The position numbers were made by a program, and so were the translations under genes. From a virus, in IMG/VR virus record IMGVR_UViG_3300036985_003683, positions 1 through 64,000 of that record: a stretch of DNA of 64,000 nucleotides; one strand, 5' to 3'. The notes beneath the pieces were generated by a model. It was not told where the DNA came from. It worked only from the letters and a program-made list of their open reading frames with translations, and made no database searches. Below, piece after piece: positions 19,778-28,185 of this stretch. Each line of letters opens with the position of its first letter. The first letter of the stretch is position 1.

Positions 19778-20758
19778 TTAAATAACGTCCAATCCCAGGG
19801 CAGTATTCTCTTTAGCGACTAACGCGTCGTGCGAATCCCATGGGACTTCGATGTGAGGCACTTCAAGTGAGGTAACAGAGTAGGGAGCCTGGAAGGTATC
19901 CACGATACGTTTGGTGAGTGAAAACATCCCCTTCTGCTGTGTCCACGTGTAGAACTTGGCAAAGTCTGGTTGGTAATCACACCGGATGAATGATCCACAC
20001 CGTGGTGGGGTCAACGTCATAATCCTGTAGTTCCTCACCACAGTGTCATGGAACCCTAGGAGGCGACTTTTCCAACCGGGCGTCAATTTAGACTTGGCAG
20101 ACGCTTCAATGGAGTCGCGCTCTGCTAGCATCTGGGATACAGGATCGGGATCCTCTACCCACATACCCGAACACAGGGACGCGAGGAGCTTGGAAGGAAC
20201 TCCACATCCGGGAACGGCATCGCTACTGCAACCTGTGTAAGCTCGTATCCAGCGCAAGTCTCTAGGATGTGACGTAGTCCACTTCTGTGCAACGCTGTCC
20301 ACATTCAAGAGTTCGTTACCCTTGGGCCCACAGGGATTCAAGATGGTGATGCGAAAATCTACGAGCTGTTGGAAGTCCTTATCCGGACTGTAGATCATCG
20401 TGTTATCTGGGACTGTCAACTGACAGAGTGCACTAATGACGTCATCGGCCTCACACCCAGACGAATCATACTGGGGCAGTATGTAGGCCATCAACGTACG
20501 CAACTCGTCTATGCGCTTGAGCAAGTCATCCCTGAAGGGATCGCTCTCCTTGACACCCTTGTAATCAGGGAAGATGTCGCGACGCCAAAGGCAAGAGTTG
20601 TCCCAAACTATTCGAATTCGCGCCTCGGGATAGTCGCGGGCCAGTCCCAGGATGCTTCGAATGAAGCCAAACTCCATTCCAGCGACCATCCCCGGAGGCA
20701 CTACACTACCCGTCCTCCAGGCCAAATTCATACCGTCTACCAAAATGTGCAATATCAC
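19778..20758 (-). CDS. 5'-3' exonuclease (FEN/T4 RNase H-like)
   Basis: VDGMNL, WD, DYKG, EADDVI, DKDFQQL, GCSSDAVPG. Confidence 0.88.
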   Translation of the reverse strand: MILHILVDGMNLAWRTGSVVPPGMVAGMEFGFIRSILGLARDYPEARIRIVWDNSCLWRRDIFPDYKGVKESDPFRDDLLKRIDELRTLMAYILPQYDSSGCEADDVISALCQLTVPDNTMIYSPDKDFQQLVDFRITILNPCGPKGNELLNVDSVAQKWTTSHPRDLRWIRAYTGCSSDAVPGCGVPSKLLASLCSGMWVEDPDPVSQMLAERDSIEASAKSKLTPGWKSRLLGFHDTVVRNYRIMTLTPPRCGSFIRCDYQPDFAKFYTWTQQKGMFSLTKRIVDTFQAPYSVTSLEVPHIEVPWDSHDALVAKENTALGLDVI

Positions 20759-20760
20759 AA

Positions 20761-21447
20761 CTAAGTCCTTGGGATAGAGTATTTGTCCATGAACACCTTA
20801 CACGCTGGAAGGAGTACTTCTATGTTACCACCGTCAGCCCTGATCAGTGATTGAGCAAACACCGTTAGGAAGCTGCCCCTCTTGTCCTCTCCTGTAGCGA
20901 TCTTGCGGAAGTGTTCGCGTATCACGTTGGTATCGCGAGTCTCACCCTTACCGTAGTGCCCTGCCACATGTCTCAAGCGATTGGCTTCCACCACCTCACT
21001 TAGTCGAGTACCAACGTTCAATTCGTACTTACACGCTACTCGAAATACTGCCATCATGATGTACGAAGACAGTCCGCCCACCACGAGGTCACTTCTGAGG
21101 AAGGAGCCTCTGTTGACTTTCTTCTCGTATTCGGCTAGTTTCAGTATGGGGGAGCAGAGCGCGTAAGTCAAGTCACCCTCAGGGGCATATTCATTTGCTC
21201 CATGTGCCAGATCGTCCAGCGTCATTGAAGGAGCGATGAAGGGAACGCCCGTGACGTTGTGATACAGGAACAGGTACACCAGAATATCGCACAACTCACT
21301 TTCGAGTTGCAAAGGCTCCTTGACGGGATTCATCTCCTCGAGAGCTTCGCCAAGTTCTCCCGTGAGACCTAGCAACAGGCAGGTCACGTCGCTGCCATCT
21401 CCATAAGGGGTTATCTGTTGGGCACATTCAGCCAGTGACATTGACAC
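20761..21447 (-). CDS. MazG-like NTP pyrophosphohydrolase
   Basis: LGLTGELGE...ESELCDILVY. Confidence 0.65.
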   Translation of the reverse strand: MSMSLAECAQQITPYGDGSDVTCLLLGLTGELGEALEEMNPVKEPLQLESELCDILVYLFLYHNVTGVPFIAPSMTLDDLAHGANEYAPEGDLTYALCSPILKLAEYEKKVNRGSFLRSDLVVGGLSSYIMMAVFRVACKYELNVGTRLSEVVEANRLRHVAGHYGKGETRDTNVIREHFRKIATGEDKRGSFLTVFAQSLIRADGGNIEVLLPACKVFMDKYSIPRT

Positions 21448-21946
21448 TGTTACACTCCTGTGAAAGAACGGTAGAACCTAAACGCTGCAATTGTCCGCGT
21501 CTGATGTCTGTGTAGATCTTAGAAGCCTCACGCACTTTTTCCACATTGTCCTTGAGGACATGAAATTTGAATTGCCAACTCATACGTTCTGCCTTGGTGA
21601 GAAAACAGTGTAGGTTAGTTGGCGTAGTGTTGGTCAAGTCCTTGTCCAACACTACTACGCTCATTCCTGGGGAGACGTAAATCTCCTCTCCCGTACGAAC
21701 TCCACCAAGCCTATGTCGAGTTATCCACTCGGAGAGAGTAGTCCAGTTCAACATAGCCTCGTAGGCTAGAACGTGTTGGTACCTATATGCCTCCACGAAA
21801 TGGAACACCAACTCGTAGTGCAGTATGCCCTCGGGAGTAATGCGTGAGGTCTCTGTGAAACCACGGCGCTTTCTACTCTGAATGACCTTCTGCTCGGGAC
21901 TCCAGTCACGTATAGTTCGGTTTCGCAGTACTCTGAGCTTTTTCAC
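21428..21946 (-). CDS. Hypothetical protein, degenerate HNH-like
   Basis: YQHVLAYE...LDKDLTNTTPTNL resembles an HNH segment without the catalytic His. Confidence 0.45.
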   Translation of the reverse strand: MKKLRVLRNRTIRDWSPEQKVIQSRKRRGFTETSRITPEGILHYELVFHFVEAYRYQHVLAYEAMLNWTTLSEWITRHRLGGVRTGEEIYVSPGMSVVVLDKDLTNTTPTNLHCFLTKAERMSWQFKFHVLKDNVEKVREASKIYTDIRRGQLQRLGSTVLSQECNSVNVTG

Positions 21947-21996
21947 AAAATTCTCCTTTCATGCGATATTATACCCCAAACAACACGTGCAAGGAC

Positions 21997-22989
21997 TCAA
22001 CTTTCAAAAAGAGTTCTACCTACTGCCACTAGGTTGTCCACAGGCAGGGTACCAGCGTGCACGGCAGCGTACGAAGAGATGACTTGCTTCATATCCGTTT
22101 CCAAAGAGATACCAGCGTCCCTCTGTAGAACGGTCCTCACTATCTTGGCTGGATTGTAGTTCCAACCTAGTGCGCCACTCCTACTCATCTCATCATCCAA
22201 TAATGGTGAAGGAGATGCTTCCACCCGTACATAGGCCCCCTGTAATGTTTCGGTCTCTTGACCCGGAGTCCAGGATATGAACCGTGCTGCTGAGTTGGTG
22301 TGATGGTTCACTTCCCCGGTACTATCGTCCCATACCACAAACCTACCAGGCGACCCCAACTCAGTGAAATCCTGGGGAGTGGCACATCCTATGTAGTGCA
22401 CATGTGGCAAGAGCTGTTGACGCTTGTGGTAATGTCCCATCAAGACCAACTTGAACCTGGAAAGAACTGACAGCTCGATACCCCACTCACACGCCCAACC
22501 TGCGCCTGCTTCCGCCCCTATGACGTCTATGTGAGCTAGGACAGTGTGTTCGCTAGGTATAGCGTCCAGCCATGTCCTCAACAGAGCGAAGTCGTGAGTG
22601 TAGGGTACTGCCCATGCACCCAACGCTGTCAAGTGTGTGGGTCCCTTGTACACACTACCTATCTCCGTGAAGATGTCGATAGTGGTTAGGGCACCATTCT
22701 TACGCACTTGATCGTGGTTACCCACAATGAAGTCGATAGTGATCCCACACTCACGAAACTTCTGGAAGGCCCTGAAAGTGGGATTGAAGCACTCGTATCG
22801 GGCAGCGATTCTACTGTGAAAGATGTCCCCCAAATGGATGGCTGAAGAGATTCCGTGAGTGAGACAGAACTCCCGCATTTCATCGATCACGGCTAGTGAA
22901 CGCAAAACGCGAGAGTTACTCTCTCCTTCACCCGATGCGAACTGGCTAAACTCGTGTATGTGAGTATCGCCAAAGATGAGATGTTTCAA
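21997..22989 (-). CDS. SbcD/Mre11-like metallophosphoesterase nuclease (gp47-like)
   Basis: GDTH, GDIFH, GNHD, GHYH. Confidence 0.9.
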   Translation of the reverse strand: MKHLIFGDTHIHEFSQFASGEGESNSRVLRSLAVIDEMREFCLTHGISSAIHLGDIFHSRIAARYECFNPTFRAFQKFRECGITIDFIVGNHDQVRKNGALTTIDIFTEIGSVYKGPTHLTALGAWAVPYTHDFALLRTWLDAIPSEHTVLAHIDVIGAEAGAGWACEWGIELSVLSRFKLVLMGHYHKRQQLLPHVHYIGCATPQDFTELGSPGRFVVWDDSTGEVNHHTNSAARFISWTPGQETETLQGAYVRVEASPSPLLDDEMSRSGALGWNYNPAKIVRTVLQRDAGISLETDMKQVISSYAAVHAGTLPVDNLVAVGRTLFES

Positions 22990-23177
22990 ACAGTGTCTCC
23001 ACCTGGTTGTTCGGAATTGCGTCTAATGGCGTCTGCGATTTCTGTGCGGTGCACTGAAACGTCTCGTGGAGCTTCAATGCCCAAACGTACCTTGTCTCCT
23101 CGGATTTCGATAACAGTCACAGTGACGTTATCGCCGATGACGATGGACTCATTCTTCTTCCGTGATAACACTAGCAT
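22986..23177 (-). CDS. csrA: Carbon storage regulator CsrA/RsmA
   Basis: MLVLSRK.NESIVIG...VRLGIEAPRDVSVHRTEI. Confidence 0.96.
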   Translation of the reverse strand: MLVLSRKKNESIVIGDNVTVTVIEIRGDKVRLGIEAPRDVSVHRTEIADAIRRNSEQPGGDTV

Positions 23178-24228
23178 TCTCAGTCACTCCCCTTAAGGCG
23201 TCATTGATCTGTGGATACTTCTCCAACAGCTCCTTCCAACACAACTGTGAGTTGGCTTGTGGTTCACGAGTGAACTTCACTACTCCCGTAGGTGCAGCGT
23301 ATGTGAACCAACCTCCTCCTAGTACACTAATTATACCGTTCTTCGTAGCCTGTTCAAGATCCATGCCTGAAATATCATATCCGGTGGAGAAGAGGCAATC
23401 GACAGTTGCTACTTTGAAGGGAGGTCCCACCTTATTCTTCCTACACGACACCGACACACGGATACCTGTAGTAACCTCCCCTGACTTGACGTACCCAACC
23501 CGCTTACATTCAAACTGCACGTTCGAGTAGAAGTACCAGGGCTTCTCAGCTAGGTACGTGACGCCCGATCCCCAAGTGAGGTCGATCTTCTCCTTGGACT
23601 GGAGCACCACTACGAGGGTCACGTTCTTACTCTCCATACGTCCCTGTAGCTTTCTCATCTGCTGGGACACAATACGAGCGTGGGCGCCGAGACCCTTACC
23701 CCCTAGGGAGACCTCGTCAATCATCTCATCCTTCTTCTCTCGCTTCTTCCCCTCCTCACCAGTACCGTACACCTCCTCCAGGGTTGGGGTAGCACTGAAG
23801 GTGTCCCAGGCCACTAACGTGGGTACGTTCCCAGTAACGTTCTGACAGATATGTCCCAACATCTCGAAAGCCTCTTCACAGGTTCCGGGTTGAGAAACTG
23901 CCACCTTGTTGAGGTCCAGACCAATTCGCACTGCCCTCTCAGGGTCGTACGAACATTCAGTGTTCCAATAGAAGACGTTACCACCACGTCTCTGCATCTG
24001 TGACATGATGTGAGTAACGAATGTTGTCTTGGATGCGGATGGAGGACCTATGATGGAGGTGACTCTACCATCTGGTATGCCATCACGTCCTATCAGTGCG
24101 TTGATCTTTGGACACCCTGTTGAGGTCCAACCCGACACACCAGTTGCAGGTAACGTATCCATACGGAAGGCCGAACCCTGACCGAATTGTTTGGTCAGAC
24201 TCTTTAGCATGTTATCTAGTTCAGACAT
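23149..24228 (-). CDS. RecA/UvsX-like recombinase
   Basis: STG...GIPDGRV, GPPSASKTT, QPGTCEE, HARIVSQQMRKL, KNKVGPPFK. Confidence 0.9.
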   Translation of the reverse strand: MSELDNMLKSLTKQFGQGSAFRMDTLPATGVSGWTSTGCPKINALIGRDGIPDGRVTSIIGPPSASKTTFVTHIMSQMQRRGGNVFYWNTECSYDPERAVRIGLDLNKVAVSQPGTCEEAFEMLGHICQNVTGNVPTLVAWDTFSATPTLEEVYGTGEEGKKREKKDEMIDEVSLGGKGLGAHARIVSQQMRKLQGRMESKNVTLVVVLQSKEKIDLTWGSGVTYLAEKPWYFYSNVQFECKRVGYVKSGEVTTGIRVSVSCRKNKVGPPFKVATVDCLFSTGYDISGMDLEQATKNGIISVLGGGWFTYAAPTGVVKFTREPQANSQLCWKELLEKYPQINDALRGVTENASVITEEE

Positions 24229-24237
24229 GGAAACTCC

Positions 24238-24296
24238 AAAAGGGAGATGGGCCGCAGTCGGAGGTGGGAGGCACTCGCGACGCAGCCACATCTCCC
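24238..24296 (-). terminator. Long hairpin with U-tract before the recombinase RBS
   Basis: GGGAGATG...CATCTCCC followed by TTTT on the minus strand. Confidence 0.5.
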
Positions 24297-24305
24297 AGAT
24301 GTTAA

Positions 24306-25241
24306 CTACTCCATTGAACCACAGTGACTGCAGTGGTCGGAGTGTAGGAAGCTCACTGATGTTCCACCCGCGACCAACCACGACAGGTCGTTCTCGCGAA
24401 GGTGTTGGAATCCAGTGATGAGATTGATGAGGTCGTACTCTGTAGCCTCATCCCCCAAACCCTGCAGGCTTTCCGTCACACGGGTTACCTGTTGGGAGTT
24501 GAGCAGTTTCATACGACTCAGACGTCCTACCATAGCTCCGCCCTGAGGAAGTGCCTTGGTAGCGAGATGTGTGAACTCAGACGTGAAGCTGGTCGCACGT
24601 TGTAGAAGCTGCGCTACTAGTGATTCGAAAGTGTTATCGCGAATCACAGTGGCAGTGTCCATCTTCATACTCAACATACCGTTGGTACAGGCCAAACGCA
24701 TGTTGTAGGGTTGAGCCCTTACTTCGCCATTGAAGGAACAGTAGATGCCCTCATGAACGATGTCGTCCACTCGTGACGGAGGTGTTTGGTGCCTCTCGGT
24801 AACAAGACCAAACCCAATTGTGTCACCCTTGATGGATACGTTGGAGATCCCTCGAGGTTTGACCCTGTCCACCAAGCGTCTCAACATAGTCCTGTAGTCT
24901 GGGTACTCCTTGGTATGAGGAGCAACCGCCAAGATGTTCCCATCGCGGATCTTCATAACCACCGGATCGGAAACGTTACCCAACAACTCATCGAAACAAG
25001 TCTGTCGAGTAATAGGCGTCAACCGCCCCATCATAGTAGCGTCAACTCCTGTAAGGGTTTTGAATGTGGCCCCCTCGGCCCATCCAAGTTTACACTGCCC
25101 TGATGGTAGGTTGAGTGTCATCACAGTCTTGTCCACGGCCTGAAGTTGGATGTCCTTGGCCTGCACCCTCACTACCTCGGGTAGCTGCTGCTCGATGAGT
25201 GAATAACCCTCTTCCACACCAAAAATCTGATTGGGCTGCAT
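24306..25241 (-). CDS. DUF932/DUF945-like protein
   Basis: RLACTNGM motif; GGAGGAG RBS before ATG 25241. Confidence 0.6.
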   Translation of the reverse strand: MQPNQIFGVEEGYSLIEQQLPEVVRVQAKDIQLQAVDKTVMTLNLPSGQCKLGWAEGATFKTLTGVDATMMGRLTPITRQTCFDELLGNVSDPVVMKIRDGNILAVAPHTKEYPDYRTMLRRLVDRVKPRGISNVSIKGDTIGFGLVTERHQTPPSRVDDIVHEGIYCSFNGEVRAQPYNMRLACTNGMLSMKMDTATVIRDNTFESLVAQLLQRATSFTSEFTHLATKALPQGGAMVGRLSRMKLLNSQQVTRVTESLQGLGDEATEYDLINLITGFQHLRENDLSWLVAGGTSVSFLHSDHCSHCGSME

Positions 25242-25322
25242 ATGCTCCTCCACTTTGTTAAGGAAAACTCTGAACCACGAGTATTTTACCTCAACGGCAA
25301 GAACTGTAGGAAATAAACGATG

Positions 25323-25355
25323 AAAAATCGCACGCTCCATCCTAGAGCGTGCGAT
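25323..25355 (-). terminator. Intrinsic terminator after SSB gene
   Basis: ATCGCACGCTC-N7-GAGCGTGCGAT plus U-tract. Confidence 0.8.
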
Positions 25356-25380
25356 GCTTGAGTGCCACAGGTCGAATCAA

Positions 25381-26334
25381 TTATGCTGATGGAGGAGCGT
25401 CAGCAAATGGGGGTGTTTCGACCTCAGCGACCTTAGGGTCCTCCCCTCCGGTCACAACCGTGGTACTGTTTGGAGACCCCGAAGCCGCAGGGTTAGGTGC
25501 GGTAGGTGGAGCCATAGGTGCAGCGACTGAGGAAGTCCCCAACATCGGAGGGGGAGCTGCCCCCACAGTTGGAACACTCAGTGGGGTGGGAGCTGACGGA
25601 AGTGCCATAGTTCCACCCATCGGTGGTGGTGACACGTAGCCTCCGTAAGCAGGAGCTCCACCCATTCCTGGTACAGGTACCATTCCAGGAGCGCCACCGC
25701 CCACCTGTGAAGGATCCTGACCTGCGACGATCATCTGCTGCTCCTGGTAGGAGTAGAGTCGATAGTGCTCCTTGAGGTTCGGAAGGTTGGCAAGCCAATC
25801 TTCCTTCGCTGGCATGCGTTCCCTGCCTGGCTGGGTGGTGTACTTGGTTCCCAATCCCTGACCCGACTTGGTCACAGTGACAGGATAACCCTGAACAGCA
25901 TCCGCTGGATCTCCCCAACTTGGATCCATAGCCACTGTGAGAATCCCTTCCAGAATCTGAGGGCCCACTGCAGTCACCTTGGGTTCGGGCTTGGCTGAGT
26001 TCAGAGGAATGATTCCCATCAGGAAACGGTTGGAAGCTGACAGTTGTGAAGCTGGTTGCTTGTGTCCCGCGGCCTCGAGTTGCTTCGCGTACTCACAAAC
26101 GTAACATGGCTGTCCTTCTGCCCTCAGGCATCGGACGAGTCTCCTATTAGGGCCCACGTTCCAGTGTACGACAATAGTTTCCCAAAACTCGGTACGCTTG
26201 GTACCGTCGAGCTTCATGACGGGCAGAATTCGAAGTGGGTTCGGCCCTGGCCCTAGTTGAAATTCTGGTCCCTCTTTCAAGGTAGCCAGAGCTGAAGCGA
26301 ATACTGAAGCTTGATTTGGTTCGGACATGTGCAA
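25381..26334 (-). CDS. Single-stranded DNA-binding protein (gp32-like)
   Basis: LRILP, VHW, C...CYVCE, GDP..G.PVTVTKSGQGLGTKY; Pro/Gly-rich tail. Confidence 0.75.
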   Translation of the reverse strand: MHMSEPNQASVFASALATLKEGPEFQLGPGPNPLRILPVMKLDGTKRTEFWETIVVHWNVGPNRRLVRCLRAEGQPCYVCEYAKQLEAAGHKQPASQLSASNRFLMGIIPLNSAKPEPKVTAVGPQILEGILTVAMDPSWGDPADAVQGYPVTVTKSGQGLGTKYTTQPGRERMPAKEDWLANLPNLKEHYRLYSYQEQQMIVAGQDPSQVGGGAPGMVPVPGMGGAPAYGGYVSPPPMGGTMALPSAPTPLSVPTVGAAPPPMLGTSSVAAPMAPPTAPNPAASGSPNSTTVVTGGEDPKVAEVETPPFADAPPSA

Positions 26335-26357
26335 TTCTCTTTTGTGAAAGTGTAAAG

Positions 26358-26936
26358 TTACTGTGGGTACATTTGGCGAAACCGTTCTGAGAGCCCGCCC
26401 AGTCTCTCTCCTGGAAATGGTTCAGACTCAGGAGTTGGAACGTTCGAAGTCCGCACGGGAGTTTGCACTGCCGGGGTGACGTCTTCCTCTTCCACCTCTG
26501 GTTCTGAATACCTCATACGCTGAGGCTGCTTACTGACTCGTACCTGCCCTCCCATTTCACCGCGTAGATTTGCGGCAATGGTAACCAACAGGTCCTTACG
26601 TTGTGCAAACCCGTCCTTTGCAGCGAATAGGACATCGGCCTGATATTGCTGCTCGTTGTAATGCTCCCAAGCTGCAATCCTTCTTGGATCTCCTTTCATC
26701 ATTGCCATCACCTTCCACTCACTAGGCGACTCCCCCAGCTGCTCCAGCTGAGACTTGGCTTCCCTAGTGACCTGTGCTTCGACTACCTCAGCGTGCAGCT
26801 TGGCATTCCGCGCGTTGCGTGACGCTTCAGCTGAGAGAGATGCCCAATACGCATATCTGCCTGCTTGAGTCTCCAGATGCTCGTTGATCAACGGCGTCCG
26901 GACGACCAATTCTGTTTGAAATGCCTGTGACTCCAT
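26358..26936 (-). CDS. UvsY-like recombination mediator
   Basis: Helical; FAQRKDLL..IAANLRGE; between RNR region and SSB. Confidence 0.55.
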   Translation of the reverse strand: MESQAFQTELVVRTPLINEHLETQAGRYAYWASLSAEASRNARNAKLHAEVVEAQVTREAKSQLEQLGESPSEWKVMAMMKGDPRRIAAWEHYNEQQYQADVLFAAKDGFAQRKDLLVTIAANLRGEMGGQVRVSKQPQRMRYSEPEVEEEDVTPAVQTPVRTSNVPTPESEPFPGERLGGLSERFRQMYPQ

Positions 26937-26952
26937 CTATTCTCCCCAGTTA

Positions 26953-27903
26953 TTATACCGTAATAGAGGGTGCGGTATTTTGTAAAGCATTGAAAAGTGT
27001 TGGAATCGTAAGGTTGTGGGTACCCTCTACGTAGAAAGACTCCCCCCCGTCGTTTACTGTCCGTATCAGGATGGTCTTCCAAGGACGGAAATAGGCAAGT
27101 GGATCAGACCAAGATGGAACACGAGTTCTCCAGTCCGACGGTAGGTTCACTATGTCGAAAACCGCAGTTGTGAACACCTTGGGAAGCCTATCGGGATCGA
27201 CGTTCCTGGACATGGACAATGCCTTCAGGTAGAGCTCAGGACCATGCACTGCACACCCTACATTGACGAACACTCCACCTTCAAGATGCGACACTGATTC
27301 CACAAAACCTAGAAAGTCATGGTGAGATGCAGTTCCAGTATGCTTCCCTGAAAAGTTGGGACAGGCGTGTATGATGTCTGCACCTATGAGTGGATGAACA
27401 CTGCATGGTACGTTCCACCTATAAGCCTCTCCCAGAACACTATACCCATTACCGTGAGCGCAGTTGTGCATCCCCACTGAAGCAGCTATGCCCAACTCAG
27501 GTGTAGCGTTTATGATGTCGTTCAAGACACTCGTTTCGTGCCACAGTCCAAACTGCCCTGCAGAGATGTGTTTCTGGACGTCCTCGCTAGTCTCACCGAC
27601 GCTGCTCAATTCGTAGTCATGTATCATGACGGAACCGTTACACGCTAGGTGAGTTATCCATCCCTGGCCCAACATCTCCATGATGATCTTGGAGCAACCA
27701 CTCTTGATAACGTGCCCACCCAGAAAGAAGATCCTGGGACGCAGCTCCTTGCGAGCCTTTTTCAAGGCACTGACAAGTGGGGGTAGGTCGGGGTGACTCC
27801 AACCTGGGTCGTATCCAGGCTCAATCAAGTCCTTGAGGTGTAGGAACGAAGACCTACTCTCCAAGGACTTTAGATTGATGCGCGAAACGTCAAACAACTT
27901 CAT
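26953..27903 (-). CDS. Deoxyhypusine-synthase-like fold protein of unknown function
   Basis: LGGHVIKSG, ACNG..IHD, IGADIIH, GCAVHGPE..LKALS. Confidence 0.55.
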   Translation of the reverse strand: MKLFDVSRINLKSLESRSSFLHLKDLIEPGYDPGWSHPDLPPLVSALKKARKELRPRIFFLGGHVIKSGCSKIIMEMLGQGWITHLACNGSVMIHDYELSSVGETSEDVQKHISAGQFGLWHETSVLNDIINATPELGIAASVGMHNCAHGNGYSVLGEAYRWNVPCSVHPLIGADIIHACPNFSGKHTGTASHHDFLGFVESVSHLEGGVFVNVGCAVHGPELYLKALSMSRNVDPDRLPKVFTTAVFDIVNLPSDWRTRVPSWSDPLAYFRPWKTILIRTVNDGGESFYVEGTHNLTIPTLFNALQNTAPSITV

Positions 27904-27905
27904 GG

Positions 27906-28175
27906 TTAGGAATCCGCGAGCATTGGAAGACAGGCAGTGATGTGCTTGCAGTTACCTGCAGCTCCCTCTGCGTACATGCGCCGCATGACAAAGTCCTGAC
28001 ACGTGCAAGAGTAGGGAGTGATATTGGCGAGGGCAAGGCGCGCTGCAACTGGTGCAGAGTACCTCACCACATAGTACGCTTCCTTCTCGTTCTTGGCCAA
28101 TTTCACCCCCTTGAGGATGTCAGGGCTCTTGGATACTGTAAGTGTCGCTACGTACTCTGTTTCGCCAATTTTCAC
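27906..28175 (-). CDS. SWIM zinc-finger protein
   Basis: CTCQDF...CKHI. Confidence 0.75.
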   Translation of the reverse strand: MKIGETEYVATLTVSKSPDILKGVKLAKNEKEAYYVVRYSAPVAARLALANITPYSCTCQDFVMRRMYAEGAAGNCKHITACLPMLADS

Positions 28176-28185
28176 AACTCACTCC

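Noticed and set aside
21428-21946. Active HNH homing endonuclease
   Set aside because: Catalytic His residues missing; resemblance is only partial
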